Assembly: GCA_965277805.1 (NCBI GenBank)
Contig: OZ255842.1
Coordinates: 1,568,001 to 1,632,000, forward strand
DNA length: 64,000 nucleotides
Reading direction: 5' to 3'
Origin: Candidatus Lustribacter sp.
GTDB lineage: Bacteria; Vulcanimicrobiota; Vulcanimicrobiia; Vulcanimicrobiales; Vulcanimicrobiaceae
Each line of letters opens with the position of its first letter. Positions within the stretch are counted from its first letter, which is position 1. The notes beneath the pieces are model-generated. The model worked only from the letters and a program-made list of their open reading frames with translations. It had not been told where the DNA came from and made no database searches. Positions 31,510 through 40,102 of this stretch are shown one piece after another. The translations under genes were made by a program, and so were the position numbers.

Positions 31510-31534
31510 GCGAACCGGGTCCGGGAGCAGATTC

Positions 31535-31616
<82 letters not shown>

Positions 31617-31741
31617 GTGGCCTTGTTCTTCGCCTGCTTGCTTTGGGTTGGCATCCGCTCTGCCACGGCCTAAAACGGGGCGCGGAAGCATAGAAGGTGC
31701 ATCCTTGTTAGGAGCGAGACAGTTTAGGGCATGAGATACCT

Positions 31742-31939
31742 ATGACATTCGCGCAACTGTTCTCCGCACTTTTCAACCTCGGCGCGACGACCAACTTCTG
31801 GAACTCGACGACGGCAGCCAAAGACTTCTGGCTGGTGTTCTCGGCGGCCGTGGTGGCCGGGATCATCTACGTGAGCCTCCGTACGGCACGGCACCGTCGC
31901 GAGCACACGCATCCCTTCGGGCACAGCCTCCAGCGCTAA
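31742..31939 (+). CDS. Small hypothetical membrane protein
   Basis: 65 aa, one TM segment then basic/His tail, followed by terminator. Confidence 0.55.
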   Translation: MTFAQLFSALFNLGATTNFWNSTTAAKDFWLVFSAAVVAGIIYVSLRTARHRREHTHPFGHSLQR

Positions 31940-31955
31940 CGGAGGCCGAGGATGA

Positions 31956-31989
31956 GAAAAGGGACGGAGTTCGATCTCCGTCCCTTTTC
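31956..31989. terminator. Bidirectional intrinsic terminator
   Basis: GAAAAGGGACGGAG-TTCGAT-CTCCGTCCCTTTTC. Confidence 0.85.
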
Positions 31990-31995
31990 GTTATC

Positions 31996-32070
<75 letters not shown>

Positions 32071-32082
32071 AGGCCGTTCCTA

Positions 32083-32111
32083 AAAATACCGGTGCGCGGT
32101 CTCATAGTCAA
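32083..32111 (-). promoter_or_regulatory. sigma70 promoter for tRNA-Lys(CTT)
   Basis: TTGACT-N17-TATTTT. Confidence 0.65.
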
Positions 32112-32180
32112 GTTCCCGCCTGTCGCTCGCACGCGCAACTCGGGAACGCCGGATGTGTTTGACGAAGGGTGTCCGTACCG

Positions 32181-32253
32181 GGGACGGTAGCTCAGCCGGT
32201 AGAGCAGCGGCCTTTTAAGCCGTTTGTCGGGAGTTCGAGCCTCCCCCGTCCCA
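32181..32253 (+). tRNA. tRNA-Lys(TTT), CCA not encoded
   Basis: GGGACGGTAGCTCAGCCGGTAGAGCAGCGGCCTTTTAAGCCGTTTGTCGGGAGTTCGAGCCTCCCCCGTCCCA. Confidence 0.95.
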
Positions 32254-32621
32254 CAGACTTATCGCTTGGCCGACAGATGACTGTTCACTGTCGGCCTTTT
32301 GATATAACCAAGGTCTAGTCCGGTAGCTACCGCACTCTGCCGCAGTCTTCCGTCGATGGCAATTAGCGCAACGCACCACGCATTTGTCCATTTCCGCGCG
32401 GAGCTTTTGCAGCGCCGTCCCGCCGAAAATCATCCGGCTGATTGCGGCAAATTTCGTGCCGCGTACATGATCAAAGTCCAAGACCAGGATGTCGCTTTCA
32501 TGGCAGTCCACACATGGATGTTCCACCAGATGCTCAAGAACGACGCGGCGATTTCGTTCCGTATAACCTAATAGAATTCATCGAACGGCTTTGTCTCGCC
32601 ACAGCGAGGGCAACGTTTCAT
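32215..32621 (-). pseudogene. Disrupted Zn-ribbon/HNH nuclease (copy 1)
   Basis: ATG 32621 gives MKRCPRCGETKPFDEFY-stop; another frame resumes YTERNRRVVLEHLVEHPCVDC..LDFDH..KCVVRCANCHRRKT; middle segment seen in paralogs is missing. Confidence 0.8.
32268..32300 (+). terminator. Intrinsic terminator after tRNA-Lys(TTT)
   Basis: GGCCGACAG...CTGTCGGCC-TTTT. Confidence 0.7.
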
Positions 32622-32642
32622 GTCCAGATCTTCTCAAATCGT

Positions 32643-32662
32643 TGTGCCACCATTATGGCACA
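32643..32662. promoter_or_regulatory. Palindrome TGTGCCA-N6-TGGCACA upstream of HNH copy 1
   Basis: TGTGCCACCATTATGGCACA, 22 bp from ATG. Confidence 0.7.
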
Positions 32663-32686
32663 GCAATTGAACGGATGCTTGCACTA

Positions 32687-32720
32687 AAAAAACAGCCTCG
32701 CGCTACGCGGAGGCTGCCTT
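32687..32720 (-). terminator. Intrinsic terminator of tRNA Pro-Arg-His operon
   Basis: Minus strand CAGCCTCCGCGTAGCGCGAGGCTG-TTTTTT. Confidence 0.8.
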
Positions 32721-32726
32721 TCATAC

Positions 32727-32804
32727 TGGGGTGGCTGACCGGGATCGAACCGGCGACCTTCGGAATCACAACCCGACGCTCTAACCGACTGAGCTACAAC
32801 CACC
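32727..32804 (-). tRNA. tRNA-His(GTG) with G-1
   Basis: GGTGGTTGTAGCTCAGTCGGTTAGAGCGTCGGGTTGTGATTCCGAAGGTCGCCGGTTCGATCCCGGTCAGCCACCCCA. Confidence 0.96.
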
Positions 32805-32848
32805 ACGGGGACGACCGACGCATTTTCGGGGCGCCCCGGTTCGTACCT

Positions 32849-32925
32849 TGGTGCGCCCGGAGGGAATCGAACCCCCATCGTTCGGCTTAGAAGGCCGATG
32901 CCTTATCCAGTTAGACCACAGGCGC
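32849..32925 (-). tRNA. tRNA-Arg(TCT)
   Basis: GCGCCTGTGGTCTAACTGGATAAGGCATCGGCCTTCTAAGCCGAACGATGGGGGTTCGATTCCCTCCGGGCGCACCA. Confidence 0.96.
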
Positions 32926-32933
32926 TCGAGAGT

Positions 32934-33010
32934 TGGTCGGGATGACCGGATTTGAACCGATGGCCCTTGCGTCCCAAACGCAATGCTCTACCAAACTGAG
33001 CTACATCCCG
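32934..33010 (-). tRNA. tRNA-Pro(TGG)
   Basis: CGGGATGTAGCTCAGTTTGGTAGAGCATTGCGTTTGGGACGCAAGGGCCATCGGTTCAAATCCGGTCATCCCGACCA. Confidence 0.96.
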
Positions 33011-33458
33011 TTAAGAGACTTATTCCTTTTACCCACCCGAACTGCCTCGCAGTCCTCCTTCGGTGGCAGACCACACATCTGACGGCGCACTTAGCCATCT
33101 CCTGTTTGAGCTCCTCAAGGCCGCGGCCAGCGCGGCTCAGCTGCGAAAGTACATGCTTCTTCTCGTGCGGATTTATGTGATCGAACTCTAAAACGACCGG
33201 ATCAGTTTCTCCGCAATCCACACACGGGTGAGTTCGCAAATACTCTACGACAAACGCGCGATTGCGAATTCGATAGCGCCTTCGCGCTTCGCGGCGGCGC
33301 GCATTGTGAGCTTTTGCGTTCTTGACGTAGTGACGACGGCAATAAAGCGACATGCACGGGCTGCAGTATGATGCGATCCGCCCAGCTTTGGAGACCGTAA
33401 AGCTTGATAAGGGCAAGTCCATATCGCACTTCGGACAATGTTTGAGATTCTGTTCCAT
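32988..33458 (-). CDS. Zn-ribbon/HNH-type nuclease (copy 2), stop codon inside tRNA-Pro
   Basis: CPKC..CSPC N-terminal Zn ribbon, basic helix, HPCVDCGE.DPVVLEFDH..KCAVRCVVCHRRRT; TGATG coupling to copy 3. Confidence 0.85.
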   Translation of the reverse strand: MEQNLKHCPKCDMDLPLSSFTVSKAGRIASYCSPCMSLYCRRHYVKNAKAHNARRREARRRYRIRNRAFVVEYLRTHPCVDCGETDPVVLEFDHINPHEKKHVLSQLSRAGRGLEELKQEMAKCAVRCVVCHRRRTARQFGWVKGISLLTGCSSVW

Positions 33459-33898
33459 CACGCGCCCAACATCCATCCGAACTCCTTTGCCGTACGCTTA
33501 CGATGGCAGCGAGCACATCGGACGACGCATTTTGCGATCTCCGCTTTTAAGCGATCAAGCGACCAACCTTGTCGAATGAGGTTCGAGACTTCGTTTGCTT
33601 TCGTCGACCTATCGATATGGTCAAAGTCAAGTACGACAGGATCACATTCACCGCAGTCGATACATGGATTCGTCCGTAAATATTCAATCACATACTGTCG
33701 ATTTCTGGCATAGTATCGCCGACCCGACTCACGGCGGCGAAGTTTGTATGGCGCAGGATCTTTCACATAGTGATTACGTGAATAAATCGATTGGCACGGT
33801 TTACAATATGCCAAACACTTGCCGTTTTGGCGCTTGTTGAATTTTTCTTGCGGCAGTTCGCACTTGCACATGCCGCAACGTTTTGTTTCATCACTCAT
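33458..33898 (-). CDS. Zn-ribbon/HNH-type nuclease (copy 3)
   Basis: CGMC..CKPC, NPCIDCGECDPVVLDFDH..KCVVRCARCHRKRT; ATG 33898. Confidence 0.85.
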   Translation of the reverse strand: MSDETKRCGMCKCELPQEKFNKRQNGKCLAYCKPCQSIYSRNHYVKDPAPYKLRRRESGRRYYARNRQYVIEYLRTNPCIDCGECDPVVLDFDHIDRSTKANEVSNLIRQGWSLDRLKAEIAKCVVRCARCHRKRTAKEFGWMLGA

Positions 33899-33922
33899 GG
33901 CAAAGCCATGGTATCGAAATCG

Positions 33923-33942
33923 TGTGCCACCTGTATGGCACA
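33923..33942. promoter_or_regulatory. Palindrome TGTGCCA-N6-TGGCACA upstream of HNH copy 3
   Basis: TGTGCCACCTGTATGGCACA, 25 bp from ATG. Confidence 0.7.
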
Positions 33943-34270
33943 AGCGATTTACTATTGCGTTATACTATCGTGATGATTGCAGCGGCAAGAATATCGGTTC
34001 GTTAATATCTGTCCCTTTCAATCTAGAACTCGACGTTTGCAACCCTAATTTCACAGTCGCTGAAACTCGCGCGCCACATCAAGCATTAATGCGCAGTTGA
34101 ACGGTCAGACCTCAATCGGTCGCTGCCCTTTTTGTAAAGCGGTCGACTCAAGCTTCTAAACTCATAGATCTCCTAGCCGGGCATCCATCAGACGTTCCCG
34201 CTCCGAGCGCCCGTACCAGGCACACCACCAGGCCCGTCTTCTCCCGCCAACGGCTGTTGTGTTCTGCGCC

Positions 34271-35266
34271 ATGCATGGGACGCTCGATAGCAGCGAGAAA
34301 CCCGCGTCCGTGGGCACGTCGCGCAGCCTCGTTGCCATCGTATTGTTTTTCGTCCTGACGCTCGGCATTTCGTACGGCGCCGACGATTTGCGCGCGCCCC
34401 AGCGGGACGAATCCCCATCCGGCCGCTCGTCCCCAACGCCGATTCCGTATTTCAGCTACGACCGCAAAGCCGTCTTCACGATGGCCCTCGGCACCGACAC
34501 CGCGACCGCATCGAAAATAACAAATGCGCTGGCCGATCGGTTGATCGCGCTGAGCGGCAAGCTCCAACACGCATCCGCGCCGCGGTCCGACGGCCACTAC
34601 TGGTTCGTGCCGCAGGGCGACTGGACCATCGCCGACTACCAGAACCAATGCGCGAAGGACCCGGCGCACACGCTCGGCGCGTATATCGTCTTGCCGCCGT
34701 CGCGCAGCGACCACACCGAAAACTCGCTCGTGTTCATCCGCACGCGCACCACGGTCCGGTTCAGCTTGGTCGTTGCGGTCTGCCATCCGGCGGGCGACCA
34801 GACGGACGCGACGAGTTCCGTCACCTGGGTGAGTGAAAGCGCGAGCGGCGAGGCCATGCGCAGCGAAATCGAGATCTTTCCGCTGGCCCTACTGACGTCG
34901 CTCTATCTCGCGTTCTCGCCGCAGCGCACCTACCAAACCGTCACGACGCAAGCCTTCCCGACGCCCAATCCATTGCCGGCCGAAGGCGCGCGAGCCTCAA
35001 CGCAAACCACCGCATCGAGCGTCTTGAACCCGTCCGGCTCCGCAACGCTGCAAGGCGGGATCCTCGGCGCTTTTGCCGGCAGCGGCATCGGCAGCACCAC
35101 CGGCGCCACGGGTTCACCCGACCTGCAATTCGCGAAAGCTGCCGACGATGCAGTCGGCAAATTGCTCGAACCGATCAAGGCGCGCTGCGCACCCTACGTC
35201 GGAACCGCCGCAGCGCCGCCCGACGGCTACGCCTTTTGCACGTGGTTCGCAGCGCCGGCGCGCTGA
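34271..35266 (+). CDS. Hypothetical exported protein
   Basis: Hydrophobic N-terminal segment, paired Cys, host-like codon usage; start uncertain. Confidence 0.6.
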   Translation: MHGTLDSSEKPASVGTSRSLVAIVLFFVLTLGISYGADDLRAPQRDESPSGRSSPTPIPYFSYDRKAVFTMALGTDTATASKITNALADRLIALSGKLQHASAPRSDGHYWFVPQGDWTIADYQNQCAKDPAHTLGAYIVLPPSRSDHTENSLVFIRTRTTVRFSLVVAVCHPAGDQTDATSSVTWVSESASGEAMRSEIEIFPLALLTSLYLAFSPQRTYQTVTTQAFPTPNPLPAEGARASTQTTASSVLNPSGSATLQGGILGAFAGSGIGSTTGATGSPDLQFAKAADDAVGKLLEPIKARCAPYVGTAAAPPDGYAFCTWFAAPAR

Positions 35267-35272
35267 CGGAAC

Positions 35273-35875
35273 CTAACCGGCTTTGCGGCTGCGCAATCCG
35301 TGCAGCAGCGCGGCGACCGCGCGATAGCGATGACTCACCGCATTCTTTTCCGCTTCGGTCAGTTCCGAAAACGACTTCTGCGCTGCCGGATACACGAAGA
35401 TAGGATCGAAGCCGAAACCACGTTCGCCGCGATCGCGCAGTGCGATCGTTCCGCCCACGGAAGCATCTACCGCGAGCTCGCGGCCGTCTTCATCGATAAA
35501 GTGCAGATAGCACACAAACCGCGCGCTGCGATCGCCGTCCTCAATACGCGACAACTCCGAGAGCACGTACTCGCGCCGCTGCGGCCACGTCAACGCCGCG
35601 CCGCCGTAATACGCCGTCACCACACCGGGCCGCCCGTCGAGCGCGTCGATCTCCAGTCCCGAATCATCCGCCAGCACCGCCGCCTCAATGCCCGCCGACA
35701 ACAGCTGTTCCCGCAGCGCATGCGCCTTCAGCGCCGCGTTTTCCGCATAGTCCGTCTCGCCTTCGACGACATCACGATACCCGGGAAACTCGAGCAGTTC
35801 GATTCCCGTGCCCTCGAGGAGCGCTTGGAACTCTGCCCGCTTACCGGCATTTTTTGAGGCGAGATAGACGCGCAA
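35273..35875 (-). CDS. rdgB: Non-canonical purine NTP pyrophosphatase (Ham1)
   Basis: ASKNAGK, ENA..KA, ADDSGL, GFGFDPIF, SHR. Confidence 0.95.
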   Translation of the reverse strand: MRVYLASKNAGKRAEFQALLEGTGIELLEFPGYRDVVEGETDYAENAALKAHALREQLLSAGIEAAVLADDSGLEIDALDGRPGVVTAYYGGAALTWPQRREYVLSELSRIEDGDRSARFVCYLHFIDEDGRELAVDASVGGTIALRDRGERGFGFDPIFVYPAAQKSFSELTEAEKNAVSHRYRAVAALLHGLRSRKAG

Positions 35876-35889
35876 CGGAAAGGCTAGAT

Positions 35890-37719
35890 CTAAGGCTCGT
35901 CGAGTTGGAGCACGGCCATGAACGCCTCTTGCGGCAGATCGACGCGGCCGACGCGCTTCATGCGCTCCTTACCGACCTTCTGCTTCTCCAAGAGCTTGCG
36001 CTTACGCGTGATGTCGCCGCCGTAGCATTTCGCGAGAACGTTCTTGCGCATTGCGCCGACCGTTTCGCGCGCCACGACCTTGCCGCCGATCACAGCCTGA
36101 ATCGGCACGTCGAACATCTGCCGCGGAATCAGCTCCTTGAGCTTCTCCGTCAGCGCACGACCGCGTGCCGGCGCCTTGTCGCGGGCCACAATGAACGAGA
36201 GCGCATCGACCGGTTCGCCGTTGAGCAAGATCTCGAGCTTCACCAAATCGCCTTCGCGGTACCCGATCAATTCATAGTCGAGCGACGCGTAGCCCTTGGT
36301 GCTGGATTTGAGCCGGTCAAAGTAATCGATGATCAGCTCGATCAGCGGCATCTCGTACGTCAGGATGACGCGGCCGTCGACGAGGTACTCCATGTTCGCG
36401 AGCGTGCCGCGGCGATTCTGCGTCAGCTCCATGATCGCGCCGACGTACTCCGGCGGCGTGATCACCGTCGCCTTGACGAACGGCTCTTCCATCAGCGTGA
36501 TCTTGTCGCGCGGCGGCAGCTTCGCCGGGTTGTCGATCATCTCGACCGCACCGTTCGTCAGCGTCACGCGGAACACGACCGACGGCGACGTCGCGATCAG
36601 ATCGAGATTATAATTGCGCTCGAGCCGTTCTTGCACGATTTCCATGTGCAAGAGTCCCAAAAATCCGCAGCGGAAACCAAAGCCCAGCGCGATCGAACTC
36701 TCGGGCTCGAAGTGCAGGGCCGAATCGTTGAGCGCGAGCTTCTCCAGCGCATCGCGCAGGTCGGAAACCTCGACGCCTTCGTTCGGGTAAAGCCCGCAGT
36801 ACACCATCGGCACGATCGGCTTGTAGCCGGGCAGGGGCGTGGGCGCCGGGTTGGCGGGGTTCGTGATCGTGTCGCCGACGTCCATATCGCCAAGCGACTT
36901 GATGTTCGCGATCACGTAGCCGACGTTGCCGATCGTCAGCTCTTCGGTCTTGCGCATCTCCGGCTTGAAGACGCCGACTTCGGTCGCTTCATACACTCGC
37001 TCGTGCGCCATCGACATGAACTTCATGCCCTGCCGCAGCTCGCCGTCGACGATGCGCACGTAGGCGACGACGCCGCGATACGGGTCGAACTGCGCGTCGA
37101 AGATGAGCCCGCGCAGGTGCTCGTTGTTGCCCTTGGGCGGCGGGATCCGCGTAACGATCGCCTCGAGGATCTCCTCGATCCCGATGCCTTCCTTGGCGCT
37201 GGCTGCGATCGCGTCGCTGCCCTCAATGATCAGAAGTTCCTCGATCTCGTGGCGCACGCGCGCCACATCGGCCGAGGGCAGATCGATCTTATTGATCACC
37301 GGGATGATCGTGAGGTTTTGCTCCAGCGCCAAATGGTAGTTCGCAAGCGTCTGGGCCTCGATGCCCTGCGCCGCGTCGATCACGAGCAGCGCGCCCTCGC
37401 ACGCCTGCAGCGAACGCGAGACTTCCGACGAGAAGTCGACGTGGCCGGGCGTGTCGATGAAGTTCAGCTCGTAGGTCTGACCGTCTTTAGCGTGATAGGT
37501 CAGCGTGACCGGATGCATCTTGATCGTGATGCCGCGCTCGCGCTCGAGGTCCATCGCGTCGAGCATCTGCTCGCCCATCTCGCGCTCCGCGATGGTACGC
37601 GTAATCTGCAGCAATCGATCCGACAAGGTCGTCTTGCCATGGTCGATATGCGCGATAATGCAGAAATTGCGCACGTTCGCCGCACCCTTCGGTACGGCGA
37701 GTGGCTGAGATTCGATCAC
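35890..37719 (-). CDS. lepA: Elongation factor 4
   Basis: [43 protein letters not shown]. Confidence 0.98.
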   Translation of the reverse strand: MIESQPLAVPKGAANVRNFCIIAHIDHGKTTLSDRLLQITRTIAEREMGEQMLDAMDLERERGITIKMHPVTLTYHAKDGQTYELNFIDTPGHVDFSSEVSRSLQACEGALLVIDAAQGIEAQTLANYHLALEQNLTIIPVINKIDLPSADVARVRHEIEELLIIEGSDAIAASAKEGIGIEEILEAIVTRIPPPKGNNEHLRGLIFDAQFDPYRGVVAYVRIVDGELRQGMKFMSMAHERVYEATEVGVFKPEMRKTEELTIGNVGYVIANIKSLGDMDVGDTITNPANPAPTPLPGYKPIVPMVYCGLYPNEGVEVSDLRDALEKLALNDSALHFEPESSIALGFGFRCGFLGLLHMEIVQERLERNYNLDLIATSPSVVFRVTLTNGAVEMIDNPAKLPPRDKITLMEEPFVKATVITPPEYVGAIMELTQNRRGTLANMEYLVDGRVILTYEMPLIELIIDYFDRLKSSTKGYASLDYELIGYREGDLVKLEILLNGEPVDALSFIVARDKAPARGRALTEKLKELIPRQMFDVPIQAVIGGKVVARETVGAMRKNVLAKCYGGDITRKRKLLEKQKVGKERMKRVGRVDLPQEAFMAVLQLDEP

Positions 37720-37732
37720 GGGTGTCCGGTCG

Positions 37733-37996
37733 TCAGAAGCAGGTTTGGGCGTTGCTTTGGGCGAGCCGGACCACGAATTGGAGCGCGATGATCACGACCA
37801 AGAACGAGATGTCGAGCCCACCCATCGGTGGGATGATTCGCCGTACGGGCGTCAACACCGGTTCGACAAGCATCGCGACGTAATCCGTCCAGCGTCCGCG
37901 CAGGCTCGGCACCCATGAAACGAGCGCGTACACCAGCATTACGAGGACATAGGCGTTCAGCAGCCATGCGACGACCGTATAAAGCGAGCAGATCAT
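37733..37996 (-). CDS. YggT family membrane protein
   Basis: SWVP..., [18 protein letters not shown]. Confidence 0.92.
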   Translation of the reverse strand: MICSLYTVVAWLLNAYVLVMLVYALVSWVPSLRGRWTDYVAMLVEPVLTPVRRIIPPMGGLDISFLVVIIALQFVVRLAQSNAQTCF

Positions 37997-37999
37997 TGC

Positions 38000-38941
38000 T
38001 TATTGTACGCGTTCGGCGCCGGGAAGTGTCGCGAGCACCTTGGCCGGTACGCCGTTCAGATACGGCGCGGGGTCGATCGGCCGGCCATCCAGCATGAGCT
38101 GATAATGGAGGTGCGGTCCGGTTGCATCGCCCGTGGCCCCAACGTACCCGATGATCTCGCCCTTGCGTACGCGCTCGCCCGGCGCGACGCCGAAGCGCGA
38201 GAGGTGTGCGTACCAGCTGTGGTACCCGTTCTCGTGGTCGACGTCGATCTTGTTGCCGAAGCCGCCCTCCCAGCCGGTGGACCGCACGACGCCGTCGGCG
38301 GACGCGTGGATCGGGGTCCCGTAGTCGGCCGCGAGGTCGACGCCTTGGTGGAATTCCGGCCACGGATTTACCCGCCAGCCGAAGCCGGCCGAAATCGAGC
38401 CGTCGACCGGGTTGATCGAGGGCAGCGCCGCGATCATGCGGTCGCGCGCGATGAGGGCAATGCGGCGCAGGTCGAGCACGCGGTGCGCGAGGCGGTCGAA
38501 GCTCTTGCCGTCCGAGAGGCGCTGCTCCGAAAACTTGACCAGTCGCGCGAGCCGGGCTTGGACGGCGGCGACCGTCGCCGGAGCGCCCGGGTGAACGAAG
38601 CCGTGCGTCGGATGGATCGGGGCGGCCGGGACCGGGTGGACGCCGAGCAGTTTGCGGATCTCGGCGTCTTGGCGCTGGATGTCGCGCAGCTCGCCGGCGA
38701 GGGAATCGGCCTGCCGGTCGATGGCCTGGAGCTTCTCGTGCTGGGCCGCCGTGATCGCCCGCAGCGCCTGAACGTCTTGCTCAGCCCGGTGCAATTGCCA
38801 CGCGTGGAAGCCGAGTGCCGCGCACAGCAAGGCCACGAAGCCGGCCGCCACGGCGATCGCCAGCGTGCGGCTGAAGTGCAGCCGGTAGACGTTGTAGCCT
38901 TCGGGCGGAATGATCTTGATGAGGAACGCGTTGTTGGTCAC
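38000..38941 (-). CDS. M23 family metallopeptidase
   Basis: TM + coiled coil, HQGVD, YAHL, TGPHLHY. Confidence 0.93.
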   Translation of the reverse strand: MTNNAFLIKIIPPEGYNVYRLHFSRTLAIAVAAGFVALLCAALGFHAWQLHRAEQDVQALRAITAAQHEKLQAIDRQADSLAGELRDIQRQDAEIRKLLGVHPVPAAPIHPTHGFVHPGAPATVAAVQARLARLVKFSEQRLSDGKSFDRLAHRVLDLRRIALIARDRMIAALPSINPVDGSISAGFGWRVNPWPEFHQGVDLAADYGTPIHASADGVVRSTGWEGGFGNKIDVDHENGYHSWYAHLSRFGVAPGERVRKGEIIGYVGATGDATGPHLHYQLMLDGRPIDPAPYLNGVPAKVLATLPGAERVQ

Positions 38942-39432
38942 GACGCGGCCGCCTTAGCTGCCGCGATGGCGGACCGCTCCTCCGCCGACGCCTCTTGCGA
39001 GGCTTGGAAGTTCACCACGGTCTTGCCGTACGTCCGCGTCTCTTCGCGCGAGTAGATGCTCGAGAGCACCACGCCGTCGCCGTCGCGCGTGAGCAGCGCC
39101 AACGCATACGACTGGTCGGAACCGACGTCGGCGAAGGCGTTGTAGCGCAGGAAGCCGATCCGCGGCGTCTCGCTCTGCGCGACTTTCTCAAGCGCCTCGA
39201 TCCGCGCGGCGAGCGTTTTCAGCTCCCGGTCCGTCGCGGCGGCGGTCGCCTCGAGGGAGTTGATCCGCTGCGTCGCCGGCTCGGCCCCGCCGCCGCCCAG
39301 CAGCCCGTCGTGCGTGCCGAGGGTCGTTTGGACCGCCCGCAAGCGGGGCGCCGCCACGAGGAAATGATAGCCGGCCAAGACGACCAGCGCGCTGCCGATA
39401 CCGGCGAGCACGGAGACGGTGAGTTCCGGCAG
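38938..39432 (-). CDS. DUF4446 family protein
   Basis: RYNAFADVGSDQSY.LALL...DGVVLSSIYSREETRTYGK; GAGGAG SD 6 nt before a CTG. Confidence 0.85.
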   Translation of the reverse strand: MPELTVSVLAGIGSALVVLAGYHFLVAAPRLRAVQTTLGTHDGLLGGGGAEPATQRINSLEATAAATDRELKTLAARIEALEKVAQSETPRIGFLRYNAFADVGSDQSYALALLTRDGDGVVLSSIYSREETRTYGKTVVNFQASQEASAEERSAIAAAKAAAS

Positions 39433-39451
39433 ACGTTTCTCCTCTGGGAAA

Positions 39452-39572
39452 GACCTTGACGAGGGCCAGGTGACTTGCGGCACACGGGAGTGACCGCTTA
39501 CCGTTGCTCCCTTCCGGTCCTGGCGGGGTTCACGGTTTTCCGTTGCGCGAGGCCCAACCCTCGTCGAAGGCC
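39452..39572 (-). ncRNA. ffs: Signal recognition particle RNA (S domain)
   Basis: GAACCCCGCCAGGACCGGAAGGGAGCAACGG helix-8 motif inside a long closing helix. Confidence 0.92.
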
Positions 39573-39730
39573 CCGACATCGTACCACACCCAACAGGCTC
39601 GGCTTCACCGTCCAATGTCGGGCCCTGGAGCCTCAATCCGCTTGCCTGCCCTCAAAATCTTGGCAGAAATCACGCAAATCTTCGGGGCCGGCGACGTAAA
39701 TCTGCAGCCCGAATCTCCGATAACTTCGAC

Positions 39731-40045
39731 ATGAATAAACGCTCGTTCGCAGACCTTATGGTCGGCGTGCTGGCCTACGTCTCGCTCACCGGCCTCGCGG
39801 CGATTGCGGTGGAACCGGCCGCCGGGCCCCGCGTCCGTACGGCAGTTGCCGACGAGCGCTGGTCGTTGCCGGTCAAACGCCGCCGGCGCCGCGTGCGCGA
39901 AGATGCGTGCCGGCATTGCGCGGGAAGCGGAGCGTGCAATGCGTGCATGCCCGCGACATGCCGGGTTTGCCGCGGCACGGGTTTGCAGCCCCGAGACGCA
40001 ACGCTGGTGCCGCGTCTCACCGAACTCTGGAACGGCGCTTCTTAA
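39731..40045 (+). CDS. Small protein with N-terminal TM and DnaJ-like CxxCxGxG zinc finger
   Basis: CRHCAGSGACNAC....CRVCRGTG. Confidence 0.6.
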   Translation: MNKRSFADLMVGVLAYVSLTGLAAIAVEPAAGPRVRTAVADERWSLPVKRRRRRVREDACRHCAGSGACNACMPATCRVCRGTGLQPRDATLVPRLTELWNGAS

Positions 40046-40102
40046 GATATACCCTGCACGGCGCGGAGGTCAGGGGGCGCGAGTTTCGCGAACCCTCATT
40101 GG

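Noticed and set aside
32643-32675. TGGCAC as a sigma54 -24 box, or the palindrome as a CRP site
   Set aside because: No GC at -12 in either orientation for either copy; spacing differs from TGTGA-N6-TCACA
34093-34104. GCAGTTGAACGG resembling GCAATTGAACGG at 32663-32674 as an att site or target duplication
   Set aside because: Only 11/12 match and no tRNA 3'-end duplication; could be chance
35854-37791. Long antisense ORFs (also 948-2699, 6398-8347, 41142-42563, 47054-48343, 49010-50416)
   Set aside because: Shadow frames of well-supported genes, expected at high GC
39433-39636. N-terminal extension of the DUF4446 ORF
   Set aside because: It is the SRP RNA
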